From Harriotta raleighana (Eukaryota), in contig JBNZDD010013726.1 of the NCBI GenBank assembly GCA_050575255.1, positions 9,826,618 to 9,890,617 of the forward strand: 64,000 bases of DNA. Direction: 5' to 3'. The notes beneath the pieces are model-generated. The model ran no database searches. It was not told where the DNA came from and worked only from the letters and a program-made list of their open reading frames with translations. Positions within the stretch are counted from its first letter, which is position 1, and each line of letters starts with the position of its first letter. Below are positions 1 through 13,235 of the stretch, piece by piece. Position numbers and translations under genes: made by a program.

Positions 1-78
1 CGTGTGATGTAAACAACGCGAAAGTCGGGTGAAAAGATTATTTCTTGAATTGAAAATTAAATCACTTTGTGCAGCCAT
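1..78 (-). other. possible 5' exon/ORF start (MAAQSDLIFNSRNNLFTRLSRCLHHT...) running off the window edge
   Basis: ATG at 78-76 followed by G; frame open to position 1; lies downstream of a TC-rich tract; no homology recognised. Confidence 0.15.
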
Positions 79-162
79 TTGGTTGGACGAAAGCTCTTGA
101 TCACAATTCCCCACATAACAAGCTCCTCACCACAACTGAATTGTGACAGACAGTGTGCGGTG

Positions 163-221
163 GAGAGAGAGTGAGCGAGAGAGAGAGAGTGAGTGAGTGA
201 GTGAGAGAGAGAGAGAGAGAG
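163..221. repeat. (GA)n/(GAGT)n microsatellite
   Basis: gagagagagtgagcgagagagagagagtgagtgagtgagtgagagag... read directly. Confidence 0.95.
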
Positions 222-2299
222 CAGAAGCTCTTTGCTTCACCACAATAGAATATTTCAAAATGTAATACAGTGTAACATGCCTTTTCTACCCATTTCCTTT
301 GAAATCATCCTTCTTGTTTTTGGTCATCATCAAAGTTGAAGCTACTGCCTATTCAGACTACTGTACGATTAAATACCCTCAAGTTCCGTAGCTCTCTAAC
401 ACAGCGGAAAATCATAGATTTTCTCGTTTAATTGGCTTCCAATAGCAGTCAAGTGCTTTAATTACTATTCAACAATGTTGTCTATAAACATTATTTGCTA
501 CTTGTACTAGGAAAATTGCAGCTTCTATTTAAACAATTGGAATGACTACACAGCTGAAATTCCAATTTTCCTCTCGTTGCTATTCATGCGTAGATTTTAT
601 TGACATACTTGTAATTTTAATCAGAGCAGAATAACTTCTGATATATTCTCCTACATTCTGATGGGCGACTTCAAACACGGAGGATAGTATCTTAGAAAAG
701 CCAAATTGTAACGGCTGCATATCTGTACCTTCTGAAACTGGTCTGTGCTAGATAAACAACTAAATTAAATATTAGTGTTGGGATTTATGAGGAGCAGGAG
801 TGAGACCAGATACTAACAGAAATAGATTTGCTGAAATATATTGAGTTACTTATTAATACAAACTTTATTATTTCCATGCCTTGTCTAGTAAACTCTTCAC
901 AAAGCTGAATGTATAACCGCTTTAACTACAGACTCCGCAGAGCTGACGCGAGACACAACAAATACCAGATAATGCAATTGGGCATAACACAATAAAAGAT
1001 ATTGCATTCTCAATGCATTATTGCTGGCAATTATCAGAACCTCTACAACTTAATTTCAAAAACACAATCAGCTCCAAACCATAACATTGTCTCTCTTTTT
1101 AAAATTTCAAACACTATTACATTAAAGCAATAACTTGCATCCCTACTATAATGACATCAACCTCTGTTATTGCTTTGCAACATATCATAAATACTTCTCA
1201 TCGACAAGTCAGGCTAATTCGGATTAATTTTATTGTTTTTATTTCAACTATATACATATGGTATGCAATTACCTTTGTCATTTCATTATCGCAGCAGAAA
1301 ATTATCATTGAGTTTATAAGACTAAACCACTAAAGTTAAAAAATATATAAAAATAACAAATTTAGTGGGCTGAGCCTCCGAGGAGGTGCTTTTATTTGTG
1401 AAACTGAAGGGTAGATTGGACAAACGCCAGTACTATATGCTATAGCAGGTCCCCGTGTACACTATACAATATTGGAATTGTATCAGAAGAGCAACTTTCT
1501 AATAGCATTGAATATCATCAATCATGCCTTGCATTGTAGTAGCAGAATAGTTACACCCACAGGGTAAAAAAAACATTGAGAAACAATAAAAGCAAATTGA
1601 AATAACATGCTTTTGTGTGAAATGCTCCAATCTCCCTTATTGTAAATTCCCTTGTATTTTTGAAGCTCACTACTTTGACTTATCTTGCTGAGTTTTAATC
1701 GCATTCACGGTATATTCCAAGTGCCTGATCCTATTCTGATCAATTACTGTACATCTTTTGCTCTTTATTGAAGCCTGGGTCAGATGCATTTTTTTAAAAA
1801 TTTAAACACACACTCTCACCGCTGTGGACAACTTGTTAAAGAATGAAAGTTGTGACAGTATTTGGTTTTAAATACTGTCACATTGATGTTTAACAAAATA
1901 ATTGGGATGAACTTGAAATTCCTTTCATTTCCTTTTGGTACAAACAATGAGCACTGATGACATTAGTAGTGAAATGTGCTTGGGAGAAATACAGAGCGCA
2001 ATTAACATATGGTGATTAACCCAGGGCACTACAATTGTGTGGTTTCAACCGTGAATGTTAATTCATCTCCCTGCACTGTCAGACTCGGGAGCTCGTCTAA
2101 GCCAACATCGCCAGCAATCGCTATTTGAAACTAACACCAACACAGATAAAATCATCAGGCATCAGCAGAACATACAGGAACAGATATTGAAGCTAAGAAT
2201 TTTGTTTCTCCAAGCGATTTGCAGAAAAGGCCTAAAGTAAGCCTGCCATTCAAGCAACCTTCTCTGAGCTGTTTGAGCTGTTTCCCCATTAGCCTACAC

Positions 2300-2397
2300 G
2301 TTACACATTCACTCACACTTTACAGTATATCCATGAAACACTCGGAGATGTCCTCTCGACATGAAAGGTGCTAAATCAACCGCAAGGAACATTATTT
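2300..2397 (+). mobile_element. degenerate SINE 3' tail
   Basis: cactttacagtatatccatgaaacactcggagatgtc...gaaaggtgctaaatcaaccgcaaggaacattatt resembles the tail at 46740-46830. Confidence 0.6.
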
Positions 2398-5293
2398 GTA
2401 CTGAAGATAGCACAGCTCATTAGCATTGATTTGTAAAAATGCAAGATTTGCACTGATAGGGTTGGGGGGGTGGGGAAGCAATCAGCAGAGAAAGCTACCT
2501 AACTTACCATAAGACATAAATGATCTATCTAACTTTTATTTCTACCAGCAAGTATTTTGCACAGATAGGCATGTATGTAACCCTCTCACAAATAAAAGAT
2601 AATCTACAATTAACCTGGTGTATGCGTTTTCAGATCCTGTAGATCATTTCCAATATATTACAGTACAGAAAAGAAGCTAAAGATTTAGTCAGCATAGGCT
2701 AAAAGAGAGGGGAGTGGGTGAGGGGCATAAATTCATTCATTTATTCAAGGCAATGTAGAAATAGTGATTTATCATGGTTTCAAGTAGGATTTTTAAAAAA
2801 GAATTCTACTCTTAAAACATTTAAATTTTGTCGCAACTTTTTGTCCGGAATGGGGCTGATAATTTTATGTTCCGACTGAGTCACTGCCTTTTTCAGCATA
2901 CAATCTTTTTCTCCTCTCTTGTACTAACAGCAACGAGTGTCCTTTAGGACAGTGACCCGATTCTGTTGAAATGATTTTGAATACATGAGTGCATCAAGGT
3001 ATCTCTCTTGCTACACGAGCACAAAAGTAACAGGATCCTCCTCATCAGTATCCCAGTAACAGCCTAGGCTCGCTGATATCTAAAAACGTACAGTTCCTGA
3101 CTGCCTTGGTTTCTATCAGGAGCCAAGCAGCGATGTGATTCCAGTACAGACTAATTATATTTTTGTTTTCTTTTATTTTCAGGGAGGGGTGAGAAGCAGT
3201 AAAACTCAACATATGGAAGAACAGAGCTTCATCTTATTAATCTCTATTCAACTGAAGATAGATTTGTGATGGGGAAAGGTCCACTGATGCCTGTTACCAG
3301 CCATGACAGTGCTACAGAGATTTACACTGCAGCATCAATCTTGTCAACTAGATACCAAACAGTGACTGCTGGACACTGGGGAAAAGCACAATACTGCTAT
3401 ATATGTGAACTCATTTGTAATGTTGTTGCTTTTTTGATTCATACTTGTATGTCAGGATATTTTCATTGGGACTCACTTTTTGATGAAGTCTCACTGCCAC
3501 TTTAGCCACGTGAAGCAGTTTCTGCTGTAAAAGTAGAAAGCAGAAGTCTGTTAGTAATAGATAAGAGATGCAGCATCAGCCTTTGTAAGCAACTGAAAAC
3601 GAGTCTGTCAGTCGTACTATTTTGTGCACATATGATAGTGATTTAGGCTGTGATTACACAAATTGGCCATTATGACTCTGAATGTCTAAGCATGAAATGC
3701 CAGAACAGAAAATGGGAACTTGTTGCCAGCAAACGGGAATCTATGGGTTCCACAGGTCAACTATCATCTGTAATGAGTTGCAAGCAACAGATGAGATGAG
3801 AATGAGCTGCTGTTATCACACACTCCAAACTATTCGGATTCTCAAGGAAACCACATTAGCAATACACCCAGAACTATTGTAGGTTACAGAGACAAACAGA
3901 GACAAAGCTTCCGTATGGTTATAAATCTTTTAAACTAGGCTTAAACTTTGGGTGTGTTTTTTTTAAAAGGGAAAAAAGAAAAAAAAATGTTAACGCTACG
4001 AGTTTGAGATCTTCAATATAAATCATAATTATAGCACGGGCTTCAATCACAAAACTGGGGACAAAAAAAAACTCTAATTATTTCCCTGAGAACAGCATTA
4101 AGTACACAAAATCAATCTTTACAAACACTGCATTGTGTACACTGCGAAGAACTCAAACATATAATACTTGTAATTAATGATTTTATTATGACCAGCACTG
4201 GTCATCCAGCACAAAGTATTTATTGGATACAGTTCAATTTTTTAAATTAAAATCACCTGCAGTGTTGTAAACCCCTTTTCATGCCAAGAAAAATGTCATT
4301 TTTTCCCCCGGAAATGTTTTCTTCAAACTTTGACATAAAATCTTCGATATATTTAATGAAAACAAATGCAAACCGCTGTTCTCCCTCTGCAAGACGTAAA
4401 TAATTACTGTACCCTGGAAACAAAATCCTTTACGTTTGTTTTGCGCTCAAAAGCACCAGTGAAGGGAACACTGCCATTTTTACACTTTCAGCAGGAATTT
4501 GTACGGTACTGTATTTAAGTAACTCCTGAAGCCTCTCTCCTTGCTGCACTGTGACATGCACCTTGTAATTTCAAATAAATACTTATCATGTTACTGATTG
4601 AAGGTACTGCAAACTGTATAAAATTGTGTTAAAAAGACGTACATTACATTTTTGTAAAATGAAAAATTGGAAACACTGAGTCAATCTGTTTTAATTGGGT
4701 TCCTATGGAATTGCCATACAACTACATTTTTCAATATACAGTCCCAAAGGTCCCATGCACACTTGTAAAATATAGTTCAAATAGCCTGAATTGTTTTTAC
4801 ATTGGAGCATTCACAGGCAGATCAATTACTCCATATGCCAGCTTAACTACTAGTGGCAGGAGATGTTACCATACCAAATCATAATCTTTAACTGATCTAG
4901 GTCACACTCGTTCACTAGGGAAATATCGCACTTAAGACATATACTATAAATGTCTATTTAAAAACTACCTTACAATTCCATGATTTTCTTACCCCTACAC
5001 AGTTAGCTTTAGTCTTGTCTAAGAATCATTCCTTTGAGAGAAAAGAAATCAAACCCGAATACTTTCCAAGCCATTTCGCTTCTCATATCGATTTCAAGGA
5101 TAAACAGAATCAATCATTAATAATTACATTAAGAGATGACCTGCAGGTTAAGTATATTCCCTGTGACTCCCACTATGGATTTAACAAGAGACCTCCTAGG
5201 CTATTTTGCCAATTGCTGAGAAACAATTTTTGATAATTGTCAAGAATTGATGCTCACAATTTGATTTAAAAACAGCAAGTTTAGAGGACTTAC

Positions 5294-5360
5294 CAGTTAG
5301 CTTAACATATAATGCGATCTTAGCAACATGTCGTTTCAGCACACCATGGAGGAGGTATGC
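5294..5360 (-). other. candidate short exon
   Basis: Acceptor ttttactag| with branch-like TACTAAT and donor CTG|gtaagt; upstream donor CAG|gtaagc at 5429 would give a 69-nt intron. Confidence 0.25.
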
Positions 5361-5994
5361 CTAGTAAAATGTAATTAGTACATTTTTCTCATTAGAAAAA
5401 CATACAGAGCAATATTTTCAGTGGCTTACCTGAATTTTGTGTTGGGAGGGAGAGGGAGAAACCAGAGGGTTTATATACTTTTCCTGAAAAGGATACTGTA
5501 CTGTAATCTTGAATCCAACAGTTTTTTTTTAGACTTTAATACTTTGCTACTGTTGTATGAGAGTTCTACCACTTGAAGCTGCTAGTAAGCTATGAAAATG
5601 TGCTGGTGAGAAACTTTCAAAAGAAATTGAGAAAAACATCACTGGAAAACCACCTTCCTTGTAACAGTAACAGTGATTTTGAAGTGCATACAGTATTCTC
5701 CTGCTCTTAAGTGTACTTGATGGTGAAGGTATTAGTAACTGCAGTTTAATTAATGGGTCAGCCACAGAACTCAACATTTTCCTATCAATGCAACCACATT
5801 TCCATTATGGGAATAGTTTCTCAAATACATCAGATGGTATTTCCATGCTTCACGTCTCATTTAACTCTGGCTACATTGAACTGACATTAAGAAATCTGTT
5901 TTTAGTTTGAACAAGAGAAAGCATGGTTGGAGAAAGGATCAATAGGCCAATAAAGCTTGCTCCATTCACAGACAGAGCACAACGTATTATTGGG

Positions 5995-6345
5995 TTGGGT
6001 GTCAGCTTGGCTCAACTGGTTCAAAAGGTTGTGGGTTCAAGCACTATTGAGGTACTTGAGTTCACAGTCCAATTTGAAATTTCAATGCAGAAAATACTCC
6101 ATACCATCAAGCATACCATCATTGAGTTATGACATTAAACGCTGGGCCTGTTCAGATGGAAGTTAGCAATCGCAGAATTGGTCAGCAATCCTCTGGGTGA
6201 ACTGATTATTCAACACGTCGTCATTTGTGAAACTTGGGCACAAATCGCTCTTGTGTTTGCGTTACAAAAACCCTCACTGCAGTTGATGGTGATTACTTTG
6301 AAGCAGCACAAGATGCTTTGATATCTATGAAAAATGCAAGTTACT
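5995..6345 (+). mobile_element. old DeuSINE (SacSINE1/AmnSINE-like), highly diverged
   Basis: Head gtcagcttggctcaactgg...aaggttgtgggttcaagcac, core acattaaacgctgggcctg, tail atgctttgatatctatgaaaaatgcaagt. Confidence 0.6.
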
Positions 6346-7548
6346 TCATTGTGGAATCTGCCCCATCTACTCCAACTCCTGAGGAAGTTCTGCCGAGACA
6401 CTCCCCAGTTCCCAAAAGATAATTGAGCAAACCCAAATACTTCTTCAGCTTCACGATATGTAGGTGAATTTACCGTCTAAGTACTGTACAAGTGTGGCTC
6501 AGCACACAAGGAAACATTTCATCTATATGGATCAAACATACAATGTGTTGCTGTATTAAAAAAATCACATATGTCAATTGTGATCAAGACAAACTCATAG
6601 TTTCAGACATCAACCAAAGATAAAAGACAAACACAGTGAATTTTGCCCAATCTCCGAGGTGAAATGCTGAGCGTTAGCAAGAATACATTTTGAACCACCG
6701 ATAGGACAAATCCATCTCCTTTGTTATCAAAAACAAACGTATCCTTCTAAAACAAAGTCATTTTGTTGCACTTCACAGGAGATTTTGGTCCCCACAACAA
6801 AATGACGTTGAGATGATCAACCTCAAAAAGCAGTGGAAACACTTTAAAAGGTTACCATTTGTGGGGTATACAATACGCAATTAGATAAGACCTGTGTATG
6901 ATTACTACTTGTACAAGAATGTCATGCGAAGCTCACCAAAACAAGCTTTAAACCTCCGCAAAACAACCTACACTCTTCTGCAAAACTGCAAAAAGGTGGA
7001 GAAAATATTTACAGTCGCTGATCAGACAGCAACAGAGAAGCAACCCAACTGTTTTCCCACCTTCCTCCCTCGATAGAAATCTGTGTGATACGAACCAACC
7101 ACTGATTTTACATCTATCGCCAAATGCTAACGGATGCATTATTAACACTTGGCCATTATCTTTCCCTCACAATTGACGTTGTGGAGTTAAAAAAAAGCCA
7201 CATTATTCAGTAACACTGCCTTCTGTGAACACCAATTAGCCTGAAAGTAAGTATTTGCACATTCATTCCACAGCACTGTATTTAACATTAAATAACTATT
7301 TCGTGATGATAACCTTCTGTGTGCAGTAACTGGGGCAACATTTTTTTTTTCTAGTCAGTGCTCAATGGCCAGATGGTCCTGCAGGTGATGGTCTCCCCAC
7401 TAACTTCACTCTGGTGGACAAGTTGCATTGTCTAAGCCAAAATACTGAGCATTGGGAGGTTATTCGACCGCAGGGGAAAATCACAGGTTAGCGATCAGAA
7501 ATCCGTAGGGTTTTTTCCTCTCCAGAACTAGGAGGTAGGTGGTGGTGT

Positions 7549-7572
7549 GGGAGGGAGGGAGGGAGGGAGGGA
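7549..7572 (+). repeat. (GGGA)6, G-quadruplex-capable
   Basis: Direct reading. Confidence 0.9.
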
Positions 7573-7591
7573 GGAGTAAAACCAACTGTAC

Positions 7592-7673
7592 CTTCCTTGC
7601 TGCTCTTGCCCGAAATTCCATCATTTGTCACACGAGATTGAAAATCGAACCTGGGAACATTCCTGGCTGACAT
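7592..7673 (-). CDS. candidate alternative first coding exon MSARNVPRFDFQSRVTNDGISGKSSKE(G), phase 1
   Basis: ATG at 7673 (G at -3), 27 codons +1 nt, then AAG|gtacag donor followed by a pyrimidine-rich tract; inside CpG patch; protein not recognised. Confidence 0.35.
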
Positions 7674-9821
7674 AACGCAGTTTGCATGCGGTAAATGGCT
7701 TACTATCTGGGATTCTTTCCTTTAACTTTACACAACACGTTCTCGATAAAGGCGACTTTGCTGGGGGCAGTGTTCGGTGAGGGTTTTTAAGCAATTTTAG
7801 AGTAGCTGCCTGCACCATTTCAACAACCAACTTAATTTGTATCGTCACTCTCCACAGGAGCTCTGACTGGGGCTGGCGAGCTAAGTTCAGAGTTGTAATT
7901 TGCTCTTGGCGGGGGAAAAAATACACGTTCCCAAAAATAGGAGCAAATAGATGTATGTCGGCAGCCGATAATAGAAATTCAGGAACAAAAGAGAAAGGAT
8001 TATGTCAGAAAAAAAGTCACACACGAAGATTAAAATTCAACTCGAGAGATAGAGGTTGCAACCCCCCGCTATGCAGGCTACTGCACATTCTGAAGTACCA
8101 TATTATATTGTTTATTAGTGTCTATATAATTTTATATATGAAATAAATACCAACCATCAAGTAGTAATATTCTGCCACAATATCATGTGTATTGCTTTTT
8201 CATCTATGTATGTTATAGTAAGAATGTTTAACGCGATTTTTTTGTAAAAAGAGTATTTAATATACATTTCAAAATGTATCAAAAGTTTTTGAAGTGGGGT
8301 TAAGGCAATATTTCAGCCTAATGCTTCTCCTGGCATTCAGAACCTACTGAACCCTTTTCTCTCCCAGTATCGTCAATGGGGACGATTCGTTATAAATTAC
8401 TACATTGTAACTCACTGCCAAATAGTAATCTAGATTTATTTCACAACTTTAAAAGCCCTATTAACTTATGGGAACCACAAGTACATGGAAGTTAGCCTTT
8501 TTTTTAAAAAAAAGTCAAATGTAATTTGAGATTGTAACTATTTTTATCTCTCTTTGCTGGATTCCCATGGGAAGGAGAAAATCAGTAGAGGTTCTGTAGA
8601 TTTGTCTGTGATCGTGAAAAAAACGTAACAATTGCATCACAACTTCCGGCAGGAAAAACTTTTGCTTCCAAAACTGTTTGTTCTAACAACTACTATGGAA
8701 TCCTATTTATAATCATTATTAAGCGAACAATATCCTTTACCATTTAGTATTTTATGTTGTGTTCCTCCACCCACATCCCACCAACCAAAAAAAAAACTAG
8801 AAATCGATTCAATCTGTTTGACTAAAATAAACATATAACTGATATACTGTAAGCTACACATATGCAGAAGCAATTTTGCTTGAGAGCATCTATGTGAGGA
8901 ATGCAAAGAGTCAACGACCCACTCATTTTATCTAAGTTTGGAATTTAACAATTTTACTACTCAAATAGATGAGTAACAAATAGGCTTGATTTTTCCCAAC
9001 ATTTTACTTTGGAAGAATAGATGAAATCCTTCCAGTGTGTACAAATCGCCCCACGTTCTGCAATATGTTCACATTTCTGTCTTGATCATTTGTAAGGGCA
9101 TTAACATTTAAGCACGCAAAAAAAAAATCAACATGGTTAGCTGTTGTTCTGAAGGGAAATGCCATGGACATCGTATAGAGCAAGTTCTACCCTATGGGGC
9201 CATCAATCGCCTGTGGGATATTCTCATAGTGGAGGTTTCCAGAAGGAAATTCTGTTCCACATAACTTATGCATGCCTTAGCTCATGATTTTCCAGCTTCT
9301 AAGTACTTTATTTAGCAAACCAAGATATATCTGCAATTTTTAATGCACATTAGGACTTTATAATATAATTACGCACAATTATCAGCATAAAATCCACACG
9401 GTTAACTTTTCTGAGTACATTTGACTCGCAATCTTTTTGCACAATTCCATTAGGACCTGCAGAATGCAAATGTTTAAATGACCCTTAAGAGCAATATTTA
9501 AACATTTAGCTGGCTAGAAGAAAATTAAACAGCTCGAATAAGCAGGAGCAAGCAGTGTAAGGCTGAGGTCAGTGCCATTTATTATCAGACTACACACAGA
9601 GAAACTCCGTCTGTGGGACAAACACGAAAATATTGCTCCAATCGAGCTGCATAGACAGCTTTTGTGTAATATGATTGTGCTTGTTTGTACACTTTCACCA
9701 AATCCATTAAAACAAAATCTCTGCCGCATTGGATCTCTAATTGTAAACGTCGCAGCAAAGAATGAAGACAGAACCGGGTAGCCAGCCGCTAAAATTGGGA
9801 AGCATTATTTGTACAATACAC

Positions 9822-9885
9822 AGCAACTTACATTTGTATAGCGCCTTCCGCATCAGGAGCACATCCCAAGGCGCTGGGCAGTCAG
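9822..9885 (-). mobile_element. L2 LINE 3' tail fragment
   Basis: caacttacatttgtatagcgccttccgcatcaggagcacatcccaaggcgctgg matches the reverse complement of the L2 end at 11735-11808. Confidence 0.8.
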
Positions 9886-10555
9886 AGTTCCAGACAGTGG
9901 ATTAGGAACGCAGAAAGCAGATTTTTTTAAACCTATCTGATGATTTGGGTTCCCATTTTAACAACTCTTCAAATAGATTTTTTTAATTTTTTTTATCCAG
10001 AGTTGTGCAGAAATATATCGAGCTTATTTAGCTACGACCAACTCCTGCATCTTTAAAAGTACACCAGAAATACCTATATACCTGTCTCTCACTCTGCATT
10101 GTCTGTGTCCTTCACTGCATGAACTCCAGCAGAGAGTAAGTATCCCATTCTACTGGGCAATCAATCTTAATGTGTTCCAATGATTCAGGCGAGGAAAATT
10201 TTGTTTCAGTCCCTTCAAGGACTGATTAGCCAAAATGATGTGCTTACAATTTTAATTTGATGAATTGCAATGATTTAAACTCGTTGACCAATAACTATAT
10301 TGGTAAGATACACAATTATGATGGCTGCAGCCTACCTCCAAATTCATTAAATATATAAAAAAAACATTGAATGGAGTGCAACATTTCTCCAGTCTATGGA
10401 ATTTTAGTCAGTTTTTAACATATTTGTGCAAACATAATCTTCATTGCAAATCTCTTTGATTGCCTAATATTAGAGGGCGGAACTAATTAGCAATTCTCAA
10501 AATGGAACAAACCTATGGAGAGTTGAATCATGCTCCCTCAATTTTCAGACACCAC

Positions 10556-10624
10556 TTCAACGCCTGGGGACGTCCTCCCAATGTGAAAAACACTACACAT
10601 GTCATTTTGTTGTTGTTGTTGTTG
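10556..10624 (+). mobile_element. L2 LINE 3' tail fragment with (TTG)n
   Basis: acgcctggggacgtcctcccaatgtgaaaaacactac...ttgttgttgttg. Confidence 0.8.
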
Positions 10625-10867
10625 TCTCCTAAGTAGAGATCTTTTTTTTGGGGGGGGCGGGGTGGGTCCTGTAATCAGTTACACATTTCTCCGGGCGTCC
10701 TTTTGAAATAGTTGAAAAACAATGCTTGCAACAATAGAATTATTCATTTTCAATAGGTATGCAAATTGACTTCGCCACAAACAACCCAAATACGTGGGAG
10801 AAATCTTCAATTTAATCCAATAGCAAATCCACGCCCGGAAAGATCGTGGAAAACATTCCTTACTTAC

Positions 10868-10908
10868 AGCAAGCAGTAAGGTTGCCGTAGTTACCGGATT
10901 TGGGTAAC
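10868..10908 (-). other. candidate 41-nt exon (probably 5' UTR)
   Basis: Acceptor ccttcccaattctccag| and donor GCT|gtaagt, within a CpG-enriched patch (10690-10945). Confidence 0.35.
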
Positions 10909-11351
10909 CTGGAGAATTGGGAAGGAGTTTCAGTGGTGAGTGCGTCAAATGAAAAGACATAAAGGAATTGTAAGGAAGAAGTGAACTATGAAGACTGAGA
11001 AAATTAGTTTGAGACTGCAGTATGGAGACTTGGTAGCAAATAACATTATTTAATGTTTGCTGAGGGAGTTCTCCACTGTTTGATAATGTAGTCTTGAGAC
11101 TCCCTCACATACAATAGAATCCCGAGGTTGAGGCAAGTACTTCAATTCTGTGAGAAGTTTCAGCACTAGTTTTAATGCAGCATTGTGCTCACTCAATAAA
11201 TAACATTTAAATGTATTTTTCATTGGTTTGGTTATTTTTGGTGAAATATAAATTTTCTGATTCAGATATTTGTAGAAGCAAACACGCAGGTTGAATACAG
11301 TAGACAACTACGCAAGCAGACACACAGCATGTTTTTTTTATATAGCAGGAT

Positions 11352-11808
11352 CTCTTTCTGTCTTCGTCCTCACTTTCAAGGCCATCCAAGGCCTTGCCGC
11401 CGCCTATCTCTCTGACCTGCTGTCTCCCTATCAGCCTGCCCACGTCCACAGCAGATTCAGCAGACTCAGGCCTGCTCCGCGTCCATCGCACTAACCCCCC
11501 AACCATCGGTGGCTGGGCTTTCAGCCTCTCTGCCCCCACACTCTGGAACTCCATCCCGCAGTCCCTCCGCCTCGCTTCCTCCCTTTCCTCCTTGAAGGCC
11601 GGTCTCAAGACCTTCCTCTTCGACCGCACCTTTGGCTCCCCCCCCCCCCCCCGACTCTTCCCCCCTCTCCCATTCCCCTTCCCCCTCCCTCAACCCCTGA
11701 CACTCCCCCCCCTCCCGCTCGGGTCCCAACCTGACTGTTCAGCGCTTTGGGATGTCCTCCCGACGTGAAAGCCGCTATACAAGTATAATTTTGTTATTGT
11801 TGTTGTTA
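11352..11808 (+). mobile_element. L2-clade LINE, 5'-truncated (ORF2 C-terminus, 3' UTR, (TTG)n tail)
   Basis: Translates as VLTFKAIQGLAAAYLSDLL...DSGLLRV...GGWAFSLSAPTLWNSIPQSLRLASSLSSLKAGLKTFLF, typical of the L2 ORF2 end; C-rich UTR; terminal stem-loop and ttgttattgttgttg. Confidence 0.92.
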
Positions 11809-12377
11809 TACGTCCATTTCAGTTTCTTATTAAATCATCCGTTATACCACTTGCCCGTTATGCGCGTTGACATGTTTTGTTGACAATCGAACAACCTGCT
11901 AGTGCTTACTATCCAAGCTCCTGCATGAAGAAATGTCACTTAACCAAAGTGCAAGACAACTGCATCCGTGGAACCAAACACCAACAGCGTCATTTTTAGA
12001 AGGAGGAAAGAAAAGAGACGTACTGTACAATGTGACTCTGAATAGCACAGCGAGTTAGAATATTGTCCATCATCGCTGGAACCTTGATTCCGATCCAAGC
12101 CTCATGGAAATCACCAAGAGAAGGTTGGATCCCAAATAACAATGTATAAAATGAGCAGTCGGTGCTGAAGCTGGATGTCAACATAGGAAATATTTCATTC
12201 CCCAATATAGGCAATATTTCAGATATTGTAAAAGTAAATGGAGGGGGAAAAAAATGCAGTTAAAAAAAAAAGCAATGATGCAAAATATCATTAAAATAGA
12301 GAAAAATTTCAATTATTTAACTCAAGAGTTACGACAAAATGGTGAATGGGAACAAGAGGGAAAATGAAAGCAATTAC

Positions 12378-12498
12378 CAACATGTGTAAATGTTTTCAAA
12401 CGACCCCTAAAACTAATAATACTACCACAGCTTTGGACATTCGTGGCCAATAAGCGAATCCGAGCTAAACTCGGATCTCTCTCCCAAGTTTCAGAAAT
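12378..12498 (-). other. candidate 121-nt exon
   Basis: Acceptor tcttttgttgcag| and donor TTG|gtaatt; one frame open (ISETWERDPSLARIRLL...FTHV), phase 0 to 1. Confidence 0.3.
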
Positions 12499-13121
12499 CT
12501 GCAACAAAAGATTCGAACTACAGAGTATATTCACAGCAGGAGAAAAGTAATTCCCAAATAGGGCATTGGAGACATCATCAGATTGCTGAGAATACAAAAC
12601 AAGCTTCACACATGGACAAGCAGACACAATTTTAAATTTTAGTTTTGACCATTTTTCAGATGCCCGTGTCACCCTGTGTAGGGACTTCTGTCACCTTGCA
12701 GTAAATTATAACACATTAAGAGTTCTCTGGGAATACTTACTGGCTGTATCAGAGTCACACATTCTGCTGACTGTAATGAACTGTTATCCTTATGATCGAG
12801 ATAATGATGGCACAGGAAAAGGTACAGCATGGAGCTGGTAAGAAATCTAATATATTAGATTAAAAAAAATACTCTGGTACTGTCGAGCTTTCACAGACAA
12901 ACAAGGCGTGTTAATGGTAAACAGTACTACAGAGGTAAATACTGTAAGTGTGAACTGCTTGCCTTCGTTGATGTCCCTAAGCATTTGATTTTTAAATAAG
13001 CTACTAACATTGGATAATAGCCGATAGTCAGAGGACACCTCCAGAAAACCCTGCTGACTAATGTTTCATTGAAGTGAAACAGACTAATGTCAGGTTGGAC
13101 ACGCTGATGGAATACACTCAC

Positions 13122-13235
13122 CAGCCCTAGATTAGTTTGTTTACAACACTCAGTGGTGGATAGTGGATGCGTTCCTTAAGGACGCTCCTGTCAGTGGAAC
13201 GCACCCGTTTTAGTGACATGCCAGCGAGCAGGGCT
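13122..13235 (-). other. candidate non-coding exon
   Basis: Strong donor CTG|gtgagt at 13121; possible acceptor ctcttttgcag|; stops in all three frames; second donor gtaagt at 13269. Confidence 0.35.

Larger units (their letters stand above)
7460..8070 (-). promoter_or_regulatory. CpG-enriched promoter-like patch
   Basis: Visibly more CpG than the flanks; contains a candidate first exon and a (GGGA)n tract. Confidence 0.4.
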
